A DNA stretch of 43,796 nt from a virus (Duplodnaviria; Caudoviricetes), in the IMG/VR virus record IMGVR_UViG_3300020727_000033, positions 1 to 43,796 of that record. One strand, given 5' to 3'. A model generated the notes under the pieces. It was not told the origin of the DNA and did not search any database. It was given only the letters and a program-made list of their open reading frames with translations. Each line of letters begins with the position of its first letter. The stretch's first letter is position 1. The position numbers and the translations under genes are program-made. Shown here piece by piece: positions 35,008 to 42,881 of this stretch.

Positions 35008-35079
35008 GCCTACCCTCCGAGGGTAGAAAATCCTGGAACAAAAAAACTTAGACAAAAAAACTTAAAAGGAGAAACTAAA

Positions 35080-35163
35080 ATGATTCAAATTTCATGGATG
35101 TTGGGCGGGATGGTAGCCGGAGCGTGGATTATGTTTTTTATCGATAGAGGGGGGAAGTTCTAA
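35080..35163 (+). CDS. 27-aa hydrophobic peptide
   Basis: AAAGGAGA RBS; TAATG coupling to the next gene. Confidence 0.55.
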   Translation: MIQISWMLGGMVAGAWIMFFIDRGGKF

Positions 35164-35312
35164 TGACTTACGAATACGAAGTTAAAATTGAGGGTTACAT
35201 CGTCTTCGATGATGACGACCTACCAGAGGGCATGAGTCCGGCGCAGTACGCGGAAGCTTGCTACGTTGCGGGAAACATGCAGTACCAAGGACACGAAATA
35301 GAGGAGTTATAA
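35163..35312 (+). CDS. acidic 49-aa protein (MTYEYEVKIEG...)
   Basis: Hand-translated; coupled to neighbours. Confidence 0.6.
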   Translation: MTYEYEVKIEGYIVFDDDDLPEGMSPAQYAEACYVAGNMQYQGHEIEEL

Positions 35313-35314
35313 AA

Positions 35315-35479
35315 ATGGAAAACGATTTTACAGTTACGATTACTACCGGCAATGATGCCATGAAGACAAACCTAGACATCGCGGAGGCACTGGAGCGCGT
35401 AGCAGAGCGCCTACGTGGCGGAGCGTGGCAAGGTAAAATTAGAGACGTGAACGGAAACACGGTAGGCCAGTTTAGTTAA
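35315..35479 (+). CDS. small phage protein (54 aa)
   Basis: GAGGAG RBS; F...I.T.N.A...IA..L..VA......G.IRD.NGNTVG pattern. Confidence 0.7.
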   Translation: MENDFTVTITTGNDAMKTNLDIAEALERVAERLRGGAWQGKIRDVNGNTVGQFS

Positions 35480-35489
35480 GGCGTACCAG

Positions 35490-35527
35490 AGCAAAAGGCC
35501 CGGGGCATTAGTCCCGGGCCTTTTGCT
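35490..35527. terminator. CCCGGG-family bidirectional terminator H2
   Basis: AGCAAAAGGCCCGGGGC-ATTA-GTCCCGGGCCTTTTGCT. Confidence 0.8.
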
Positions 35528-35608
35528 TTCCCGGATCGTAGCCGGATCGCGAGCTCGCGCCTAAAAGATCTGGAACAAAAACTTTTGACAAAAAAAAGTA
35601 AAATGAGC

Positions 35609-35638
35609 TTGACATAGTTAGATCGCTTAGTGTACACT
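35609..35638 (+). promoter_or_regulatory. early-type promoter TTGACA-N18-TACACT
   Basis: Near-consensus hexamers, A-tracts upstream, GGAAGGA RBS downstream. Confidence 0.65.
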
Positions 35639-35678
35639 TTTAACAGCTGAGCAAGTAGCAAGGCTGGAAGGATTTATC

Positions 35679-35948
35679 ATGGCTTACACAACTAACCTAC
35701 AAGCAGTAGAAAAGATAGCGCAGCTACGACCTTTTGAGGGTAACAGCATGAGCGCTAAGTACGAGGGCAACGAATACAGAATTTACAGCTATTCCACGCT
35801 AATGGCAGTAATTGAGGGCAGAGAGATTACTTACCTAGATAACCAGTTCTACTCTAGAACTACAAGCAAGCAACAAGCGCTTATTGCTCGAGGCCTTACA
35901 GCTGGCGCCTACCCTGAAGCAGTTCACGCTATTGTAAAGGAGCGTTAA
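35679..35948 (+). CDS. hypothetical early protein (89 aa)
   Basis: GGAAGGA RBS; YSYST...YSRTTSKQQ pattern. Confidence 0.8.
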   Translation: MAYTTNLQAVEKIAQLRPFEGNSMSAKYEGNEYRIYSYSTLMAVIEGREITYLDNQFYSRTTSKQQALIARGLTAGAYPEAVHAIVKER

Positions 35949-35950
35949 GA

Positions 35951-36091
35951 ATGAGCGACCAAGAGCAGACGGAGCGCATCCAAGAGAATTACGAATACAT
36001 GATGAGCGAATGGGAGAAGACCGGATTAACGCCGCTACTCTCAGAATGGGAGGATGTGTTCGAGGATCGCGATCCTTTTGAATTCATTTAG
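35951..36091 (+). CDS. acidic 46-aa protein (MSDQEQTE...DPFEFI)
   Basis: AAAGGAG RBS; hand-translated. Confidence 0.65.
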   Translation: MSDQEQTERIQENYEYMMSEWEKTGLTPLLSEWEDVFEDRDPFEFI

Positions 36092-36113
36092 CTTTTAACT
36101 TAATTTTTAAGCG

Positions 36114-36136
36114 TCCCGGGACATTGCGTCCCGGGA
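36114..36136. terminator. CCCGGG-family hairpin H3
   Basis: TCCCGGGAC-ATTGC-GTCCCGGGA then TTTTGCTTTT. Confidence 0.75.
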
Positions 36137-36265
36137 TTTTGCTTTTATTGGTGTCTATTTTGCGATTTTGAGCTTGCCAGATCTGGCCTAGGTGTTGGTA
36201 TTGCTTTTAAAAAAAAGTGGCGAGAATGCAAACGACAAAAAACAAAATAAAAACACAAAATGAAC

Positions 36266-36294
36266 TTGACAAGCTTGCGTTAAGTGTGTATTGT
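36266..36294 (+). promoter_or_regulatory. promoter TTGACA-N17-TATTGT
   Basis: Near-consensus hexamers with TG extension; no ORF directly after. Confidence 0.55.
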
Positions 36295-36404
36295 AGGTAT
36301 TGGTGGAATAGGCGCCCAATTTTTTTAAGCTTTACGCTAGCTTGTAGCTAAGGATCGAGCTCGCAGCTCGCAGCTCGCAGCTCTAAAAGTTTTTAAAAAT
36401 TGAC

Positions 36405-36433
36405 TTGACAAGCTGCGCTTAGTGTGTTAGCTT
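36405..36433 (+). promoter_or_regulatory. promoter TTGACA-N17-TAGCTT
   Basis: Resembles 36266-36294; precedes an AAAGGAG RBS. Confidence 0.6.
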
Positions 36434-36459
36434 GTTGTCATCTAGTAAAGGAGATAAAA

Positions 36460-36603
36460 ATGATTACATGTTCAAGCTGCAAGGCAAGCGTAGACAAGCT
36501 AGAGGTATTCCCTGGCGAGCTATGCCTTAAGTGTTACGAGCTCGAGCAGCTAGGCAAGCCATTGCCAACAGCTAGCGAGCTTAGAGCTATGTGGGGAATG
36601 TAG
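36460..36603 (+). CDS. 47-aa zinc-finger-like protein (MITCSSC...LEVFPGELCLKC...LRAMWGM)
   Basis: AAAGGAG RBS; CxxC...CxxC; contains 8 AGCT sites. Confidence 0.75.
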   Translation: MITCSSCKASVDKLEVFPGELCLKCYELEQLGKPLPTASELRAMWGM

Positions 36604-36811
36604 CTCGCAGCTTATCAGATCTGAGCTAGCTCGCAGCTGCGGATCGCAGCTCGGGCAGAGCTCGGGCGCGAGCTCGCGGGCGCGGGCGGGCGGCCGGGGC
36701 GCCGTCCCAGGATCGAAGCGCTGAAGCGCTAGTAACAAAAATTTCTGACAAAAAAACGTATTCTAACTAGTAACAAAAATTTCTGACAAAAAAACGTATT
36801 CCGATTTTAAG

Positions 36812-36827
36812 GTTACTGGTCAGTAAC
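36812..36827. promoter_or_regulatory. GTTAC-N6-GTAAC operator-like palindrome
   Basis: GTTACTGGTCAGTAAC; related copies at 42894-42915 and 42969-42986. Confidence 0.6.
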
Positions 36828-36893
36828 TAATTCATTGAAAGTTTAAACGGATCGCAGCTTGATCCGCAGCTATAAAAGTTTTTGATTTGTGAC

Positions 36894-36923
36894 TTGACTT
36901 AGTTCAGTTGCATGTGTTAAGTT
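36894..36923 (+). promoter_or_regulatory. promoter TTGACT-N18-TAAGTT
   Basis: Upstream flank CGCAGCT.TAAAAGTTTTT duplicates that of the 36405 promoter. Confidence 0.55.
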
Positions 36924-36966
36924 TGAATTGTTGAAGGCAAGGTGCTGGAGGCGGAAGGATAAAATC

Positions 36967-37299
36967 ATGCTTACAATTACAAAAAAACAAAAAGAAGAAA
37001 TTGCAAAGTTGCAAGAAGTGTTGGAAGTTGCGAAGACGTTACCTGAAGAAGCACGACTAAACATTGAAAAGCAAGTGATGGACTTAGTCGAAAAGATGGC
37101 ACGGTTGCAAGTTATAAAGCACCAACTGGCATTGCTTAATTCAGGTCTAACAGTAGGTCAGACATTCACAACACAGAGTTCAGGTGTTGTCGGTATTGTT
37201 GAAGAAGTAGTTGAAAACGCTACGGGCTCATTCAGGGTTCGCCTTAACGTGAACGGCGTAGAGCGTTGGACTACATTCAACAAGGAGTTGGCACTATGA
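36967..37299 (+). CDS. coiled-coil plus SH3-like domain protein (110 aa)
   Basis: GGAAGGA RBS before ATG 36967; C-terminal domain paralogous to 34735-34968. Confidence 0.8.
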   Translation: MLTITKKQKEEIAKLQEVLEVAKTLPEEARLNIEKQVMDLVEKMARLQVIKHQLALLNSGLTVGQTFTTQSSGVVGIVEEVVENATGSFRVRLNVNGVERWTTFNKELAL

Positions 37300-37541
37300 G
37301 AAAGGGAAAACTTATTGAAAGAAGTTTTGTGTGGTCAGTAGGTGCGCTTGCTTTTATGAGCGTATTCATTTACACGCAAAGCCTTATACCATTCAACAAC
37401 TGTGACGTGATGACACAATGGATAGATAGCATTATCCCTAGCCTTTTTGCTTTTGTCGCAGGTATCATAGTAGGCTATTACATAGTTTTAGTAGCCAACA
37501 GTAATCGCAACTATCGTAGACGCATTAGGCGTTATCGGTAG
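37296..37541 (+). CDS. two-TM membrane protein with Arg-rich tail
   Basis: AAGGAG RBS, ATGA overlap, two hydrophobic segments. Confidence 0.7.
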   Translation: MRKGKLIERSFVWSVGALAFMSVFIYTQSLIPFNNCDVMTQWIDSIIPSLFAFVAGIIVGYYIVLVANSNRNYRRRIRRYR

Positions 37542-37644
37542 TTCATAATTGGTTTGCGTTGGGAAACGCCACCATGATAGGCACGGTAGCCTTTACTCTA
37601 CCGTGCCTATCCTTCCTCTCAATAAATGAGAGACCCCCGGACTT

Positions 37645-37678
37645 AACCCCTGCCAGATCGGCGGGGGTTTTGTCTTTA
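37645..37678 (+). terminator. intrinsic terminator
   Basis: AACCCCTGCC-AGATC-GGCGGGGGTT followed by TTGTCTTT. Confidence 0.6.
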
Positions 37679-37709
37679 TTAGTGCAGCTTAAAAAAAGAT
37701 CCTTGATGT

Positions 37710-37738
37710 TTGCATGATGTACTTAATTGTGTTATTGT
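37710..37738 (+). promoter_or_regulatory. promoter TTGCAT-N17-TATTGT
   Basis: TG extension; leader hairpin and GGAAGGA RBS follow. Confidence 0.55.
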
Positions 37739-37780
37739 ATTGATGTAGTCGCATGGTGCGACTCGGAAGGATAAAAAATC

Positions 37781-38161
37781 ATGAAAGCATTAACACTTAA
37801 CACAGATGGACACAAAGCCATCGTTGAGTTTGACAACTCTAACGCTTATGACACTTTGCGTGAAGCAGTTGGTGGACTTATTGAAGCAGTTGACTTACAC
37901 ACGCTAGGCGTGACCATGTGGGTTAACGAAGAAGGAAAGATTGAACAGTTAGAGCAGAACGCCATCGGCACATCGCTATACGTTGATGAGTTTGGCATGT
38001 ATGACTTTATCAGTGGCAACATTATCTTCACACACGTTGACACAGACGAAGAAGGCAACACGCTCGGACTTACTGACGAGCAGATTGCAACGCTCATGGA
38101 TTACACACGCACGATGTACGTTGTTGCAACGGCCTCTCACTCATCGCTAGGCGGTGAGTGA
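37781..38161 (+). CDS. DUF3846-like phage protein
   Basis: L.EAVGG.IEAV, MWVNEEGK, N..GT, I.GN..F motifs. Confidence 0.8.
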   Translation: MKALTLNTDGHKAIVEFDNSNAYDTLREAVGGLIEAVDLHTLGVTMWVNEEGKIEQLEQNAIGTSLYVDEFGMYDFISGNIIFTHVDTDEEGNTLGLTDEQIATLMDYTRTMYVVATASHSSLGGE

Positions 38162-38550
38162 TGGGGCTCGACCAATACGCATACGCAGTAATGCCACACA
38201 AAGAGAACACAGATCTTTCTTACTATTGGAACGATGAAACAGATCCTGAAGGAGTTCGAGCTGTCATGTTTCACTCATGGCGCAAGCACGCAAACTTGCA
38301 AGGATACATGGAAGAACTTTATGTGAGCAAAGGTGGAGACAAAGATTTCAACTGTGTACCAGTACGCTTAACGTTTCACGACTTGCAGGAGTTAAAAGAA
38401 GCAGTTGTGAACTCTCGACTACCTCAGACCACTGGTTTCTTCTTTGGTCAGAGTGATGAGGAGCACGACACAGAGACGTTAGAGTTCATTGAGAAGGCTA
38501 TTAAGGCAATTACTCAAGACATGGAAATCTACTATTCGAGTTGGTGGTAA
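38161..38550 (+). CDS. conserved phage protein (MGLDQY...WRKH family)
   Basis: MGLDQY, WRKH..LQG.M, LP.T.GFFFG, YYSSWW. Confidence 0.8.
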   Translation: MGLDQYAYAVMPHKENTDLSYYWNDETDPEGVRAVMFHSWRKHANLQGYMEELYVSKGGDKDFNCVPVRLTFHDLQELKEAVVNSRLPQTTGFFFGQSDEEHDTETLEFIEKAIKAITQDMEIYYSSWW

Positions 38551-38552
38551 TC

Positions 38553-38828
38553 ATGGAAGCAATAGAAATTGTTTGGTCAACGCCCGCACCTTCTTCAACT
38601 GGGAAGAAGGGAGAAGGGGGGCCATGGAAACCTAAGCGCGAAGAAATAATTGAAGGTGAACTACGAAAGAACAAAGGTGAGTGGGTTCTGCTTAAAGAAG
38701 GCGTTGATAGCAGAAGCGTACCTAAAAGATTTCAAGGTGCAGAGTTTCAACGTGCTTATCGCAATTACTACGAAGATGGAAAACTATTAAGACGTATCTA
38801 TGTTCGTTACGTTGGGAAGGAAGAATAA
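38553..38828 (+). CDS. hypothetical protein (91 aa)
   Basis: IVW..P.P, L..N.GEW, IYVRYVG pattern; operonic. Confidence 0.75.
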   Translation: MEAIEIVWSTPAPSSTGKKGEGGPWKPKREEIIEGELRKNKGEWVLLKEGVDSRSVPKRFQGAEFQRAYRNYYEDGKLLRRIYVRYVGKEE

Positions 38829-38977
38829 TGAAACGCAACTTTAAAGCACAACAAGGAACAACAAACATTAAGGGTTCAATGTGTTCAAACTGTAATCACA
38901 TTACGCCGTTAGGTGATGCTCGCACAGTGCGACGCGATAAAGAAAGACACAATTTAAAATGTAAGGGAATGAAGTAG
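38828..38977 (+). CDS. 49-aa basic protein with CxxC...H...C
   Basis: GGAAGGA RBS; TAATG coupling; hand-translated. Confidence 0.6.
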   Translation: MKRNFKAQQGTTNIKGSMCSNCNHITPLGDARTVRRDKERHNLKCKGMK

Positions 38978-38997
38978 CCAAGTAACAACGACAAGCA

Positions 38998-39027
38998 AAA
39001 GCCCCGGGCAATTACGCCCGGGGCTTT
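38998..39027. terminator. CCCGGG-family bidirectional terminator H4
   Basis: AAAGCCCCGGGC-AATTAC-GCCCGGGGCTTT between convergent genes. Confidence 0.8.
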
Positions 39028-39044
39028 CTTGTTTCTACAGTAAT

Positions 39045-39236
39045 CTAATAAGCTTCAAAGTATTTAGCAGTTGTGGCTAGCAAGTGGTCGTAATCACCTG
39101 ACGTTGCTTCTGCATAATATTCATCTTCTAGTTTTGATCGATCATTATCTTTTAATGCGTTCATGGCGCGTCCAAGAATGCTGAATGCGTTGCCATCAAG
39201 ACCAACCAACTGTAATTTGATTCCTGTAATGCTCAT
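39045..39236 (-). CDS. conserved small phage protein (63 aa)
   Basis: LVG.DGNAF.ILGR...AL....EATSGDYDHLL; GGAAGGA RBS; TTGCGT-N17-TATTAT upstream (39278-39306). Confidence 0.8.
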   Translation of the reverse strand: MSITGIKLQLVGLDGNAFSILGRAMNALKDNDRSKLEDEYYAEATSGDYDHLLATTAKYFEAY

Positions 39237-39374
39237 TATGGATCCTTCCGTTATCTGGCAGTGTTGCCATTAATTAAATAATACACTAACCAAGCTTGAC
39301 ACGCAAGTACCCTAACTAGGTGCTATAATAAATGCGTGGGGGCAAATCGCCCACTACAGAAGGGAATGAAAATT

Positions 39375-39719
39375 ATGGGAGACCGTGGACAAGTTAGATT
39401 AGTGAGTGAAGGTTCACCAGACATTTACCTTTACACGCATTGGGGAGCAACTGAACTACCTGAAGTGGTTGCCAATGCGCTTGCTCGTGGCAAGGGTCGT
39501 TGGGGTGATGACGAATACCTAAACCGCATTATCTTTACCGAGATGATTAAAGATGACGTGATGTCTGAAACTGGTTTTGGTATCGGCACTGCTGAACACG
39601 GAGACGTGTGGCGTGTTGTTACTGTTAATCACGACAGCAAGACGGTCGAAGTGACACAGTTTGAAAAAACTTGGTCGTTTGATGACTATGTAACAGCGTT
39701 TGCGAGCGCAACTGTTTAA
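39375..39719 (+). CDS. hypothetical early protein (114 aa)
   Basis: MGDR...IYLYTHWGA...RW.D..YL.RI pattern; TGcTATAAT extended -10 at 39321-39329. Confidence 0.8.
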   Translation: MGDRGQVRLVSEGSPDIYLYTHWGATELPEVVANALARGKGRWGDDEYLNRIIFTEMIKDDVMSETGFGIGTAEHGDVWRVVTVNHDSKTVEVTQFEKTWSFDDYVTAFASATV

Positions 39720-39730
39720 GAAGTAACAAG

Positions 39731-39760
39731 GAAGCCCCGGGCGTAATTGCCCGGGGCTTC
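39731..39760. terminator. CCCGGG-family hairpin H5 (inverted copy of H4)
   Basis: GAAGCCCCGGGC-GTAATT-GCCCGGGGCTTC. Confidence 0.75.
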
Positions 39761-39881
39761 TGCATTTCTTAATACCTTCATGCTTGGTAGCCACCGCTAC
39801 CGCTGTTGCAACAGCTGCACCTACAATTATTGTATCACATAGTTAGGTCATTTTGTGATCCTAATTTAAGAAGTTTGTTTA

Positions 39882-40076
39882 TTAAGCTGCACGCTTGTTG
39901 ATCTTGTTAAAGCGGTTATCTATACGCTCAAGGTAAAGAGGGAAGTCAATGCCAGGAGTCAGCCTTGCTCGCCTATTGGCGGTAGTTTCTTTGCTAGCTG
40001 CAACGGTGCATGGACGACAGCGACAACCGTGATTAGTGTACTTGCTTCGAGTGCCGTGCTTGATTTTTGAAACCAT
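39882..40076 (-). CDS. small zinc-binding/DNA-binding protein
   Basis: HGT...Y...GCRC..C motif common in actinobacteriophage proteins; GAAAGGA RBS. Confidence 0.75.
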   Translation of the reverse strand: MVSKIKHGTRSKYTNHGCRCRPCTVAASKETTANRRARLTPGIDFPLYLERIDNRFNKINKRAA

Positions 40077-40186
40077 GGTGATCCTTTCAAAGCTCGGCGG
40101 TGATGCCGATGTATTTAGTATAGCACTTAATGAGTTTTAATGTTGCATTTAGTTGTGCCAGTGTAAGCTGATTGATTTAACAAGCT

Positions 40187-40221
40187 AAAGAGTCCCGGGG
40201 CATTGCGCTCCGGGGCTCTTT
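40187..40221. terminator. CCCGGG-family hairpin H6
   Basis: AAAGAGTCCCGGGGC-ATTGC-GCTCCGGGGCTCTTT. Confidence 0.7.
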
Positions 40222-40531
40222 CGTTGATCCGTTTGAGCTCCGGGGATATCGTAGAGCTAGTGGCCTAGTGATCTTAAAAAAAAGATCGTAGAGCCGGCCG
40301 GTCGTGCCGAGTGGTAACAAAATTTTCGTCAAAAAAATGTATTTTGATCTATCTATGAACTAGTAACAAAATTCTACGACAAAAAAACGTATTTAAGTTT
40401 TACGATCCTGTAATTGCCTATTAACAAAAATTTCTGTCAAAAAAATGTATTCAAGAAACGACAAACTCCGGAGCTTGTGGCTCCGGAGCAGTGAGAAGGA
40501 ATTCACTTTTAATTGTCTGACCTTGTGGGGG

Positions 40532-41947
40532 CTATGCCTTGCCACCCTTTGAACGTGGCACATAATTGCCAACGTTGCCACGAACATCTGAACGTGCTGA
40601 CTTGCCAAGTGCCAACGCCTTGATACCGGCGTTAACATTCGGTGCAACAATGATGTTGTGCTTGATGACCATCTTGGCGCACGCAACATCTAATTCTTTG
40701 TGCCAATCGTCAGTTGAACTTGTTACTTGACCATCGCAAATCCAAATCAAAGGTTCGCTACCACGTCGCTTGCTGATAGCAAACTCTAATGCCGGGCCAT
40801 CTACACCGTTGCCACCATTCTTGGTGCAACGTGTAATGTCCTTCGCACGCTTGCCACGATTAGCAATAATCCAAGCGTTAGGTCGGTTAGCGTGCTTTCT
40901 ACTGTGCGAGTACGCAATAACCAACGCACCCGGAGCAAGTTCCAAGAACTTGTCAACGTCATCGCTAGTCAAACTCATTGAACCTGAACAGTCAATTACT
41001 ACGACACCACCATTGTTGCGTGGCTTCTGACTAAAGATTCGCTTGTGTGGGTCAGTCAACAAACGTGATGGATACAGAACACGCTTGCCAGTTGACGCTG
41101 AACGCTTGCGACGTGCTAGGTGACCCTTGACTTGTTGGTCGCATAACAAAGTGTGGTCAAGCTTCAACGGTGCAAAACCATTGTTGCCACCAACGTTGTA
41201 GTCAATACCCGATGAACCCTTGACTGATTCAAAATCATTGTCATCGCCTTCGTACTTCTGATACGAACTAACAACTTCTGCTATCTCTCTCGTGTAACGC
41301 AAGAAACCACGACCAAGTTCGATACCTTCACCGTCAGTTGCGATGTCGGTGTTGCCAAGATTCTGAACGTGCGTGCGCTTCGTAATCTTTAGTAGCGCAA
41401 GTTCTTGTTGACGTAATTGAACAGCAAGTTCTTTGTCAACTGAACGAACACCAACGATGTAGTCACGAAACGCCTTAGTGCCAACAAGTCCTGCACCAAA
41501 CGCCATTAGTTCGTTGTAGGCGTTGACCGACTTCTGCGCTTCCTTCGCACTACGCTTGCCTGATTCCTTTTCGCTACCATCTTTGAGTAGATTCAAGTCG
41601 TAACCAAGACGACCAACAATAGTGTTAACTCGGTGCTCCTCTGCGACCTTCGCTACTCGGTCACTGAACCCATAAGCTTCGCACCACTTGGCAAACATCT
41701 CCATGTTGTTAGGTGAGACACGAACGTGAACCGCTTCGTGCGCACGTACTACTCGTGCAACGTCATCGTTGATAAGTGGAATACGCAACACGTTGTCTTG
41801 GAAGTTCGTGTATGCGTCGCCACGTGAAGTTGAACCTTCGTCAACTGTCCAACGTGTAACTTCTGTGCCATCGTCACGTAGTGCAGTGATGACTTCGGGA
41901 AACGCAACGACTTGCTCCCGACGCTTCTGTGTGTGTTGGGTCGTCAT
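40532..41947 (-). CDS. HExxH metallopeptidase-like plus von Willebrand A domain protein
   Basis: HEAVH...EEHRVN; MIDAS VVVIDCSGSM; GGN and ICDG motifs; coupled to the AAA gene. Confidence 0.8.
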   Translation of the reverse strand: MTTQHTQKRREQVVAFPEVITALRDDGTEVTRWTVDEGSTSRGDAYTNFQDNVLRIPLINDDVARVVRAHEAVHVRVSPNNMEMFAKWCEAYGFSDRVAKVAEEHRVNTIVGRLGYDLNLLKDGSEKESGKRSAKEAQKSVNAYNELMAFGAGLVGTKAFRDYIVGVRSVDKELAVQLRQQELALLKITKRTHVQNLGNTDIATDGEGIELGRGFLRYTREIAEVVSSYQKYEGDDNDFESVKGSSGIDYNVGGNNGFAPLKLDHTLLCDQQVKGHLARRKRSASTGKRVLYPSRLLTDPHKRIFSQKPRNNGGVVVIDCSGSMSLTSDDVDKFLELAPGALVIAYSHSRKHANRPNAWIIANRGKRAKDITRCTKNGGNGVDGPALEFAISKRRGSEPLIWICDGQVTSSTDDWHKELDVACAKMVIKHNIIVAPNVNAGIKALALGKSARSDVRGNVGNYVPRSKGGKA

Positions 41948-42705
41948 TATGACAACGACCCGACACGTACAGCGTCAATAATTGCTTCTGCCTTCTGCGC
42001 ACCAAACGCAAGAACGCTTGCACGCTCCATTGGCATTGACTTAAGCAACGTGTTGTACGCATAGAACGCACGCAACGAAACACGACGCTCCGGTTCGCTA
42101 CTGATAACAGCGTTAGCAACAAGTCGCAATTCACTTGGTAGTGACAACAACGCACTTGGGTGCGGAGCGTTAATCTCAATCGCAACTGGGAAACGGTCAC
42201 GCAACGCCATTGGCAAGTCGTCAGGGTGCTCAATGTTGCTAGTCATAACTGCACTGAAACCTTGAAGTGGTGTGAACACTTCGTTAGTTTCAGGGTGTGC
42301 AAACGATGAACTGTCAGTACTGTCCAAGAAGTTAAGCAACTCACCAAACACGTCACCACTTGCCTTGTCAACTTCGTCAACGACCAAACGACCACCGACC
42401 TGTCCGTTACCCTTCCATGCACGCAACGCTGAACCTTCCATGAACTTGAAACCGTCAGCGTCGGGCATGAACGCACCCGATACTTGTGCAGTTGTCATGT
42501 CCTCGGTGCAGATAAGGCGAAACGAACCACCGTCACCAACACCAAGTGTTAGTCCACCGTAAGTCTTGCCAGTACCGGGAGCACCAAACAAGATAACTCG
42601 GTCAACGCCTGCATTGATAACATCTTTAAAATCCTGCCAACACTTAGGTAGAACTACTGATTCCTGTACTGCAACTACTGGTACTACTGGGTTAATGCCT
42701 TCCAT
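41947..42705 (-). CDS. MoxR/CbbQ-type AAA+ ATPase
   Basis: Walker A GAPGTGKT, Walker B LVVDEVD, TSN, LPMALRDRF; GGAAGGA RBS before ATG 42705. Confidence 0.9.
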   Translation of the reverse strand: MEGINPVVPVVAVQESVVLPKCWQDFKDVINAGVDRVILFGAPGTGKTYGGLTLGVGDGGSFRLICTEDMTTAQVSGAFMPDADGFKFMEGSALRAWKGNGQVGGRLVVDEVDKASGDVFGELLNFLDSTDSSSFAHPETNEVFTPLQGFSAVMTSNIEHPDDLPMALRDRFPVAIEINAPHPSALLSLPSELRLVANAVISSEPERRVSLRAFYAYNTLLKSMPMERASVLAFGAQKAEAIIDAVRVGSLS

Positions 42706-42754
42706 GATTAGTCCTTCCAACTAATACCGGTTACTTGTGCAACTCGGTACACTA

Positions 42755-42784
42755 ATTATACACACAATGTTGAACACAATGCAA
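42755..42784 (-). promoter_or_regulatory. promoter TTGCAT-N18-TATAAT for the AAA/vWA operon
   Basis: Consensus -10 with TGTG extension. Confidence 0.6.
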
Positions 42785-42847
42785 GTACCTTTTCAAAAAA
42801 TTATTGCAAACTTGGAGCAAGCTTGTATGGTGTTGGATAGCTATGCG

Positions 42848-42881
42848 TTCGATCCGTTCGATCCTTTTCGATCCGTTCGAT
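42848..42881. repeat. TTCGATCC short tandem repeat
   Basis: TTCGATCCG TTCGATCCTT TTCGATCCG TTCGAT. Confidence 0.75.

Noticed and set aside
36550-36738. Minus-strand 62-aa ORF over the GC-rich palindrome cluster
   Set aside because: No RBS, overlaps a better + strand gene, and openness is explained by stop-poor GC-rich sequence
36729-36801. 35-bp direct repeats (and the 40312-40452 triplet) as a CRISPR array
   Set aside because: Gaps are only 3-25 bp and irregular, copies are degenerate and dispersed, and no cas genes are present
34984-40221. Hairpins as integron attC sites
   Set aside because: Too short, no RYYYAAC/GTTRRRY boxes in the expected layout, and no integrase in the window
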